DNA of 64,000 nucleotides from Chrysemys picta bellii (Eukaryota), in assembly GCF_011386835.1 (NCBI RefSeq), contig NC_088800.1:52328001-52392000 (forward strand), read 5' to 3'. The position numbers were made by a program, and so were the translations under genes. The notes beneath the pieces were generated by a model. That model was not told the DNA's origin, searched no databases, and saw only the letters and a list, made by a program, of their open reading frames with translations. Of the stretch, positions 51,770 through 61,542 are shown piece after piece; within the stretch, counting starts at the first letter, position 1; each line of letters starts with the position of its first letter.

Positions 51770-51929
51770 TTTTAGGCCATACTACATATTCGCATTCTGC
51801 AATGGATAAAAGATAAGGCAAAGAGTGGGGTGAAGGAGGAAGCAGTGCACCTCAGAAAACCAAAACCAAGTAAAATGGTCTATAGCAAAATCTGCTAGAC
51901 TGATCTAATGCAGGAGGAAAGATAGCTTA

Positions 51930-52050
51930 TGGTTAAGCCATGAGCCTGGGTGCTATTTTCATATCTGCCATTACTTCCTGTGTGACCAGGGGTTAGTCAT
52001 TTGGTCTCTCTGAACTTTACTTGCCCCATCTGTAAAATGGAGAGAATGTC
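51930..52050 (+). mobile_element. MIR/CORE-SINE relic
   Basis: ctgtgtgacc...gtcatt...ctctctga...catctgtaaaatgg. Confidence 0.65.
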
Positions 52051-52239
52051 TTTGTTGAAAGTGTAAATTCACTGATGTCCGTAAAGCATTTTAAGTTCCT
52101 CCCATAGCAGGAGGTACAAGTAGTGTAAAATAGCACTAATGTTATTAACAGCAGTAATCAGAGGAAACTTATTCCCAGCAGGTGCCATTTTATTACTGTG
52201 CAGTCATTCTTGCCCCACCCTCAAAAAATATCTGTATTG

Positions 52240-52335
52240 AGTAACCGGAGATGGATCACTTGACGATTACCTGTTCTGTTCATTCCCTTTGAAGCACCTG
52301 GCATTGGCCACTGTCAGAATACAGGATACTGGCCT
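52240..52335 (+). mobile_element. Non-LTR retroelement 3' tail fragment
   Basis: gatggatcacttgacgattacctgttctgttcattcc...ggatactggcctagacggacctttggtct resembles a common turtle LINE/SINE tail (recall). Confidence 0.5.
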
Positions 52336-54360
52336 AGACGGACCTTTGGTCTTATGCATTCTAAAATCCAGACTTGAAATGCTATTGTCCCTGACCACAG
52401 AAACTAGGAACTATGAACATCTTTGTTTCCTAGTAAACAGTGTATTTTTAGATTAATGCCTGTATTGATTACACAGTGAAAACAGTGGGAGGCCATTTGA
52501 GATCAGCCATCCCTTTGCTAGTTCTACAATCACACAAAATACCTGCCAAGGGTATTTCCAGTTTCAGAACGATCTCCATTCTGATGGCTGGCTAACAACA
52601 AGAACCAACAAAGCCCATTAGTTAGGTGGCACAAACCAAGAACACGCTTCTTTCTGGAGTAAAGGCCCACCAACTGTACAAAAAAATCCACAACAAAACC
52701 AAACCAAAAGACAGAGTTAAGCAGAAGCGACAACACAAACATTCTCTTTGTACTGAGGAAACAAACATCCAGTTCCTCTGCCCAAACACTACCTATGATA
52801 CCTTAATAATGGAATCAAGAGTTCAGGGGTGTTTCAGACAACGCTGGGTGAACCCAAAGCCAGCTATGCAGGCTCCAGTGCCACACTGCACGGTGCAGGC
52901 CAACAGCACTGTGACAACAGCTTGAGCCTAGAAGAAAGAGTTTTCTACCAGCACAGCTTGCTTGTCCACAACAGGTGAATGGTGCTCTACAGCATAACAC
53001 TAATCAGTGCTGCTAAAAATTAAACAACTTCCAAAACCATGACCCTGTTAAAAAAGAGAACTCCTGAAACAGTTTGCAAGTGGTATGATCTTCCAGTGCC
53101 AACATGCAAATATATGCCTTGAGACAGAGAACTATTAAATCGCTTAGCATTTCCGTACAGCGGGTCACCAGCTGTAGGACTGTGAGCTCTCAGGTGTGGC
53201 AATACCTGATTGTTCCTATGTATTTGGGCAACATCCAGTTTTTTGTAGGAACCTGCGATTCTAACACTCCACCTGGGATCTTGACAATTATCCACCTTGC
53301 AGGATACAGCTGTTACAAGTTACAATGCTTTTTGAAAGTTCATAGATTCTAGCTTTTTAAACCTAACTTCATTACAGACATATACAGGCTGTTTTAAGTT
53401 AGGCAGAATTTGTACCATATTTATCCAGTTAATATTTAAACAAAGGACTCTCCGAAAAGCAGTTACCAATTTCTCACAGAAACCGTCTTCAGTGCTGCAG
53501 AACAACCAGCGAGCCATAATTCTTCCTGAAAGAACTCCCGCACCATAAACAGGAACACAATGGAGACAACTACAGACACCTTTCAAAAATCTGCAGACAC
53601 ACAGAGCACCACAGATGGCAGGGAGAAGAGATACTTTCTAACTAAATTAGATATTCAGTGGACTCGATGAAAAAAAAATCAATCAGAACTCTCAGCAGGG
53701 TAAAGACTGAACTTCTCTTCATTGCCATGTCATTAAACTTCTTACCTGCAGCACTGAGACGTTCCAGATTGGACAGAAATTTTGATCTCCGTGAACTAAC
53801 ATGGATTTCTCTCTTTCCAGTTTTGCAGTCCAGTTAGTTTCTCCTTTGAGTTAAATGCCAGGCCCCCAGGTGAGCACATATCGCTGCCTCTCTAAAGGAA
53901 AATTCACCTCCAGCTACACATTGGTAACTCCCAGCTATTTCTGACAGGGAGGAGGGAAGCAAAGTTCAGGAAGTATTCGTGCTGGTTTTAACAGACTAAC
54001 CTCAGGTCTCTAAACAGAGTTCCTTTTGTTCTTGACCTACCAACCTCTCTGATAACAAATGTGTGAGCTAATGCATTTTTCCCTGCCATTTTACAGATAG
54101 TTTGATTCATGTGACTTTCAAAAATTATTCCCCTCCTTCCCCCTTAAAAAAGCCACTAAACAAAGACTTGATTCAAGGTGCATGCAATTTCTTTCTTCCC
54201 AGCACATGACATTCCATATCGAGATTTTGTTTTTATATTGAAAGGAAGAGCACATCTGCCTCACTCACTGTTTTAAAGCACTCTATAATTGATCTGGGGC
54301 ACATCCATTCCCAGATGACTTCTCTCTCACAAGACTTTAGGAATATTACTTTATAACAAA

Positions 54361-54468
54361 GTATCAGAGGGGTAGCCGTGTTAGTCTGGATCTGTAAAAA
54401 GCAGCAGAGAGTCCTGTGGCACCTTTAAGGCTATACATCTGTTAGTCTTAAAGCTGCCACAGGACTCT
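54361..54468. mobile_element. Miniature internally deleted PLE terminus forming a hairpin
   Basis: Begins with the PLE terminus gtagccgtgttagtctg; arms 54408-54433 and 54443-54468 match at 24/26. Confidence 0.8.
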
Positions 54469-57400
54469 TGTTATAAAAGGACACAGAACTGGAAAAAAAA
54501 AATCAGACACTGAAATTCGCTATCCTAGGCCTATAAATAGTAAGAGGAATGAGGTTTGTACCCTTATGCATTTTTGGCAAAGTAAATTTTTTTTGGTTGA
54601 TTATTACCATAAGCTGTTGTTAAAGAACCAAAATTTTATGACTGAAACAAAAGTAAATGGGTTTATGCAGCCCTAATGACATGATTTATTTCTCATTTCT
54701 CTAGATCATCTTCTCAGATGGTCAGGGAACATTGTGATCATCTAATCTGACCTCCTGCACATTGCAGGACCCAGAACCTCACCCATGTAATAGACCCCTA
54801 ACATCTGGCTGAGTTATTGAAGTCCTCAAATCATGATTTAAAGACCTCAAGTTAGAGACTCCACCATTTACTCTAGTTCAAACCAGCAAGTGACCCAGGC
54901 CCCGTGCTGCAAGGGAAAGTGACAGATAGAAGGGATGTTTCTTGCATCACCTGTGATACCTAATAGTTTCTTAAAAGTTAAAACAAAAATTTAAATAGAA
55001 GGAATTTTTTCCTTTATGCCCTTCTAACAAGGAAGGGCAGCACAAGCCTCAAAGCTCATTAGGAACCTCTCTCCAACAATTATTCTACCTGGGAAGTGCT
55101 TAGGTACTGTATCTCCAGGTTTCCTAGAGCCCTCATTATTGAAACACATTAAGGACCCTTAATCTCAGATCAGGATATCTCTGAAAATATAAGGTTTGAT
55201 GGTGCAGAATTTCCAAACTAGAAGTTTCTCTTTTTAAACCATCTCTTGACATTTCTCTTGGCTTTCTGGCTTGACACAGGGTATAAACCACTTCAAATGA
55301 GCCCACTGCCATACCCACCCCTCCATGCTGAGGGCTATGGTATTCTGCAGCTGTTTGTCATCAGGACTTCGGGAGTAAAGGTGTTAGGTATATTTCAAAG
55401 GAACACATTGTAATTTTTAAAAGCTACATGTGTAAGTGTTTTTTTACATTAAATTGTGAGCAACTTGAGGGTGGGAGATGGGAAAACTACACACCCCTCC
55501 ATACAGTGGTCAGTACTAATAATGACAGAAATAGTATTTAGCCTTCTTAGCCTATTTAGCTACCAAGCCTCTGGTAGCACACATCCATCTATTTTTAATA
55601 TCTTTAATATTGAAGAACAGATTGTTTGTATAACCAGTGGTGAGGCGAATAAAATCCTGGTTGACTTTGATGAGAACAACCTGCAAGCCATAATTCTTCC
55701 TAAAGAACTCGCCCACACAAGCAGAAACACAGTGGAGAGAACTACAAAGACACCTTTTCAAAAATCTGCAGACTGGTGCCACGCTGCCCTTTGTGCCTTT
55801 GAAAATTTCTCTCTAATGTGCAAGGTCTTCAAAGCAGCCACATTCAAAAACATTCATGCCCAGATTTGATTTTGGCCCTCCAAGAACGAACGAACGAAGG
55901 AATGAAGGAAGGAATAAACAAACACTACTCTACTAAGCAAGCACCAAAAGGGAAGTGTTTAAACTAAATCATAGAACCTAGGTTTAGAAGCGACCACAAG
56001 GGTCGCCACCTGCCGAGATGCAGCATTTATTTTGTTTAAATATTCCTTCTTCCATCCAAAGTGAAGCTTACCCAGTTCTTTCACACATTTGGGGTTACAA
56101 TTATTTATAAAGAACATCTCCAATTGTCACAATGGCATTCACCTTCTTAGAGAAGTTCTCTACTAGACTCTCTTCATATGTTTATTCACCTCCTGGACCT
56201 TCTTCCAGGAACCTCTTCACCAAGGCTCTACCCAAGAACAGAAAAAAAATCTCAGGTCATGGGTTACCCAGAGCTTTGCTGGAAATGGGAGGGATGATGA
56301 GATCCCTCCTATGACATTTTTACTCATGGCACTCTCAGAAATGACAGGGAAATCCTGAGTTTTTCTCTAACTCAGCTGCCACCAGAAATGATTCTGACTT
56401 TTGCATCCATTACCACTGCCTTGCTCATCAAAAATGTCATCAGCTCTTGAAGGTCCAACCTCTGTGGAGGTGGCCACTCCCTTAAACAAACTGCTTGACC
56501 CACCCAAGAGTTGCAACCTTGTTGAAGCTAACTACTCCCAGCGTCCTTGGTTTGTTCCAAGTGGTGCACTGGGACCCAGCTTTTCTAGCTTCCCATCCAT
56601 TGTATTCAGAGTTGAAGATAATAATTCCATCTCGTTTCCTAAGGTCTGAAGTTTGTTTTCTAAATTCTTTGCATCCTGTTTTGAGCAAGATAACACCCTG
56701 ACAAACTCCCAGATCAAGGACTCTTTGGCAGGCAGCAAAGCACTCCCGCTGCACTGTCATCTATGAAAAAGAGGCACATATTTTTAAAAGCCATTATTTT
56801 CCTTTATTTCCCCTCCTTCCTTTTTCTTTAAGGAATATCATCATCTATGTTGGGCAATTTTGTAACAAACAAAACTAAAAATCTATATTACCCATTGAAA
56901 CTGATTTAAGGATCCAAACAAAGGGCTTGCATCAATGTAACAATTAAATTTAGAAACTGGATTTAGTTAAGTCAGTGCAATTTCTAGGTCTACGCAAGCC
57001 TTTATGAACATGAGACACCTAAGTAAGTATGATTTACTGGATTTCACAATTACTGTCTTTGCAGAGTGAACAAAGGTACATGAAGATGGCATACAGGACT
57101 TTGGCATTACCCAGAGAGCTAGTCACTTGGCCAAACACAAAAAAGTATCTTTCAGAAGCCTCCAGCCACTCAGGAGATTCCAAATTCAGCAATTATTTAT
57201 ACTACAAAAAAAATTAAATAGGAATGTACATTTCCTTCAGTTAAAACAAGATAGGCTTCTGTTCACTCTGCTGGGATGAAGAGAGAGGTTCTTTTATATA
57301 TGATATTTGTTTTCTATTGGGGATCTTTGTTTTTAACTCTTTTTGCAGAGATACAAAATCACTGTTGCTACCAGAGAAAATTAAGCATTTATACACCTTC

Positions 57401-57914
57401 AGAGGAATTACACAAATACTCTAGGAAACCATTAATTGACAGTCTAAATCCACAGTGTAAAAACAACAACATATTTCAGGAGTGGTGGGAGTAAACTAAA
57501 CAAAAATCCTTTGTTAAACTGGAATTAAGATTATAAATATATGGAGTATTCTTCAGGTGGGAAATTGCACAATGTAGTTGTTTTTAAAATCCACAAGATT
57601 TCCTGAAAGCCAGGAAATTGAAAAGTGGAAATTGCACAACACTGTTTCACGGGGGCAAGGCACTTGGCTTCACTGCCTATTGGGCCCAAACCTTGGAAAC
57701 TTCAGTACCCCTGCTTCATTCCATCAGCTCCCTGCAGCGAGCTGATGGAATGGACACCTGTGGGAGACTTGCACACCCAAAGGGAACAATACACACCAAC
57801 TTCCTTGATCTGGAGTGACTCTCAGCCAGCATTGTAAAAGCACGAGGGTTTATTAGATGTCTGGAACACAGCGTAGAAAGTCCTTACTTACCATAGAGAA
57901 CAGAAAGTTAGAAC

Positions 57915-58259
57915 TAGGGATATAAATAACGTTTAAAAACTAGTAACCGTGAAACCAATTAAAATTCTATTGGTTACATGCTTAAACATTTACCTGGTGA
58001 ACTACGGATGTGGGGGATAGGGGGCGCTGCTGGCCCTGTGGCGTGCCCAGGGTCCCTGCTGCTGCCAGCCCCAAGGTGTGCCCGGGGTCTCGGCTGCCAC
58101 CTGGCATCCCAACACATCCGGGGATCCCTGCTGCTGCAGTGAAGGACCCTGGGTGCACGGGGCCAGCAGCCCGGCAGGACCCGGGGTGGAGTTTAACCAT
58201 TAACAGAAACCAATAAGCATCAAACTTATCGGTTAACTGATTGAACTCTTACATCCCTA
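57915..58259. mobile_element. hAT MITE
   Basis: TIRs tagggatataa/ttacatcccta; TSD gttagaac/gttataac (7/8). Confidence 0.85.
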
Positions 58260-58332
58260 GTTATAACAGTCCATTTGGAAAAAGAAGAACAGGAGTACTT
58301 GTGGCACCTTAGAGACTAACAAATTTATTAGA

Positions 58333-58372
58333 GCATAAGCTTTCGTGGGCTACAGCCCACTTCTTCGGATGC
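58333..58372 (-). ncRNA. Minimal type I hammerhead ribozyme motif (U4C variant), sense to the host pre-mRNA
   Basis: GCAU CCGAAGA A GUGGGC ugua GCCCAC GAA AGCU U AUGC with perfect helix II. Confidence 0.72.
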
Positions 58373-58568
58373 ATATAGAATGGAACATATATTGAGGAGA
58401 TATATACACACACACACATACAGAGAGCATAAACAGGTGGGAGTTGTCTTACCAACTCTGAGAGGCCAATTAATTAAGAGAAAAAAAAACTTTTGAAGTG
58501 ATAATCAAGATAGCCCAGTACAGACAGTTTGATAAGAAGTGTGAGCATACTTACAAGGGGAGATAGAG

Positions 58569-58880
58569 TCAATGTTTGTAATGGCTCAGCCATTCCCAGT
58601 CCTTATTCAAACCGGAGTTGATTGTGTCTAGTTTGCATATCAATTCCAGCTCAGTAGTCTCTCGTTGGAGTCTGTTTTTGAAGTTTTTCTGTTGTAATAT
58701 AGCCACCCGCAGGTCTGTCACTGAATGACCAGACAGGTTAAAGTGTTCTCCCACTGTTTTTTGAGTATTTTGATTCCTGATGTCAGATTTGTGTCCATTA
58801 ATTCTTTTGCGTAGAGACTGTCCGGTTTGGCCAATGTACATGGCAGAGGGGCATTGCTGGCACATGATGGTATATATCAC
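58569..58880 (-). pseudogene. Uninterrupted GIY-YIG endonuclease domain of a truncated PLE ORF (103 aa)
   Basis: IYTIMCQQCPSAMYIGQTGQSLRKRINGHKSDI...GEHF...RETTELELI...SGLNKD; no RT domain, start codon is not ATG in the genomic sequence. Confidence 0.85.
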
Positions 58881-59011
58881 ATTGGTAGATGTGCAGATTT
58901 TTTCTCTTAATTAATTGGCCTCTCGGAGTTGGTAAGACAACTCCCACCTGTTTATGCTCTCTGTATGTGTGTGTGTATATATATCTCCTCAATATATGTT
59001 CCATTCTATAT

Positions 59012-59051
59012 GCATCAGAAGAAGTGGGCTGTAGTCCACGAAAGCTTATGC
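59012..59051 (+). ncRNA. Hammerhead motif with a mutated core (CAGAAGA), probably inactive
   Basis: gcatcagaagaagtgggctgtagtccacgaaagcttatgc. Confidence 0.5.
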
Positions 59052-59704
59052 TCTAATAAATTTGTTAGTCTCTAAGGTGCCACAAGTACTCCTGTTCTTC
59101 TTTTTGCGGATACAGACTAACACGGCTGCTACTCTGAAACCAGTCCATTTGGGTCAGTCCAGAGCCCTTTGACCCCTCCCTTAAGCCCAGTCCAGAATCT
59201 TCTCTCCTGCCTTCAGCAGCCCACACTTAACAACCCCACCTGGCCATTCCCCAGCCCTTCGCTCCCCAGCTGATCATACCCAGTTGGCTTCCTAAGGAGG
59301 GTGGGCCATCCATGGTCATTTGTTGCTAGGTGCCAAATGTCCAGGCAATTGGAGTGGCCATTGTCTTCTAGGAGTTTCCATGGGCATGGGGCCCAAGCAG
59401 CTAACTTTTTTATCAGAAAGTATCCGAGTTTCACAGCTGGTTGACAGCTAGCTGTCAATGGCTATGTCTAGACTAGGATTTTCAGACCTATAATTCCTAA
59501 CAAGTGCAGCTCCATTAGGTAATTCCAGCAGGAGCTGGGGTGTAGATAAGGCTCAGACAACTTTACGGACATGTCACAATTTGTTCAGAGCAAGGTTAGA
59601 GGACATGATGGTGAAAACACCCAGAGCCCTCCTAAGTTTTATCTATGCTATACCTTCCGCTTGTTCCACCATTGGTCAATAAGCATAAAATAGACAAGGC
59701 CTTA

Positions 59705-59995
59705 GGTGCATGTCTACACCAGATACATACATCGCTCGGCAGCAAGTCTCAGATCTCGGGTCAACTGACTCGGACTTGCACTATGGGCTAAAAATAGAAA
59801 GAATTGACGCTGTTATTCGGGCTGGAACCAGGCTGTGAAACATGGCAAGGGGGATGGGTCTCAGAGCCCACGCTCCAGCCAGAGTGGGAGCATTTTTATT
59901 ATTATTTTTAGCCCCCGTAGCATGAGCCCGAGTCAGTTGATCTGGGCTCTAGGATTCGTGGCCCAAGGTGTTTTTTTGGTAGTGCAGACATACCC
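59705..59995. mobile_element. Harbinger-like palindromic MITE
   Basis: ...atgtctacac.../...gtgcagacataccc. Confidence 0.55.
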
Positions 59996-60277
59996 GAACT
60001 GGCATTTTACCCAAGGACACCTTGAATATTGTCACCTTAGTTTATTAAGTAGACTGTAGATAGTCTAGCTTCACGGATAAAGGAGATGTAAGACGATGGA
60101 TAACAAAATGGCCACTGCACGGGGTTAAAAAGCCGTTGTAAAATGAGGAAGTTTGGAAGGGTCTGGGTATAGTGCCTGCCACGCAAGAGAACAACATGTT
60201 TATAAACATCAATTTATCCTTGCCAGAGGAGTGGTGTTCCTCCTCCTTAGATTAGGGAAATTCAAGCTACAGCAATA

Positions 60278-60573
60278 GAGAATACGACTACACTGCAATA
60301 AAAGATCCATGGCTTGGCTGTGGCTGGCCCAGGTCAGCAGGCTTGGGCTGTGGGGTTATAATAAAGTTGCACTGAAGACATTTGGGGCCTGGGCTGGAGC
60401 CGGGCTCTGAGACCCCACAAGGGGGCAGGGTCTCAGAGCCGTTCTCCAGCCCAAGCCCAAATGTCTACATTGCTATTTTTAGCACTGCAACCAGAGCCCC
60501 ACTAGCCTAAGTCAGCTGGCCTGGGCTTCGAGACTTGGTGCTGTGGATTTTTAATTGCAGTTTAGACATACCC
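60278..60573. mobile_element. Harbinger-like palindromic MITE (same family as 59705)
   Basis: actacactgcaa.../...ttgcagtttagacataccc|taa; internal inverted gggctctgagacccc/gggtctcagagcc. Confidence 0.6.
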
Positions 60574-61542
60574 TAAGTGGGTTTCCTAAAGTCTGTGGTA
60601 GAGACAGGATTAGATGCAGATCTGACTTCTAGTTCTGTGCCCTAAAGTAAGGAAAAGATTTCCAAAAAAATAGATACATTAAAAAAAAAGGATTAAAGTT
60701 GAGTCTAAAAGCCAAAAGGTAACTCAGGATAACACCTCTGAAAAAAAGGGTCTTACAACACCAACTCCTTCATATAGCCATATACTCTGATTTTAAAGTG
60801 TTATAACAAACCCACCCTGCTGCCAACACCAGTAGTATTTAGACGATAAGTAAGCCTGCAGTTAGAAGAGACTACATCTCAGAGAAAATTTCTGCCCCAG
60901 CAGAATTCCTAGATAAATATCTGAACTGCCTCTGTGATCAGATTTCATTATTTTTAAAGCAAATTCCTGTACATGATGTAGACGCTGCTTGCAACATCAG
61001 CCTTCATGTATAGAACCTCTCTCACACTGCAGGTGATAACTATGGCAGGTCTCTCAAATCTTCGCCTCGTTGACAGGAAATGGCTTACTGGAATCATTCA
61101 AAAAGTGCAGAGCTAAGCACGGATCAGGAAGAGAGAGACAGTCAAATTCTCTCTCTCTCTCAAATAAGACTCCCACCTCCCAGGATACCAACACTCCCTG
61201 ATACTTCATGCAAAAGAAGGACTAGTAATATCTTGTGAAATTATTCCTATGAGAAACAGACTAAAATACATTTATCTTATTGAAAGAAGCACACTAGAGC
61301 TATGGGTGCTTTAAATTCATAGTGTGAGGATGGCATGATTTCCTCCAGGTGTGGAGAGGTTAGCCCCAGCTCCAGTTGCGCTGCGTTGGCCAGGGGTCTC
61401 TAAAACCTCTAACTCATTGGCATTGCACCAGGGGATATCCTGAGCATTGTCCAGCCTGGTTTATAAAACAATCTACATAGCCCAACAGTTGTTTAGATCT
61501 CCAAGTAGCTTGTGCTCCTCTTTCCCAGGGCAGAGACCACCA

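Larger units (their letters stand above)
58279..59140 (-). mobile_element. 5'-truncated PLE with an inverted terminal repeat and GIY-YIG endonuclease coding remnant
   Basis: Perfect 12-bp TSD cagtccatttgg (58267-58278, 59141-59152); 58898-59107 is inverted relative to 58279-58490. Confidence 0.93.
57643..59435 (-). mobile_element. LTR-like element interrupted by a hAT MITE and a PLE
   Basis: Shares gtgactctcagccagca...gggtttattagat with the LTR at 33748-33787; no TSD found, ends uncertain. Confidence 0.5.

Noticed and set aside
55668-55773. Possible C/D snoRNA (TGATGA before repeat copy 2)
   Set aside because: No terminal CTGA box D, absent in copy 1, and on the strand antisense to the host.
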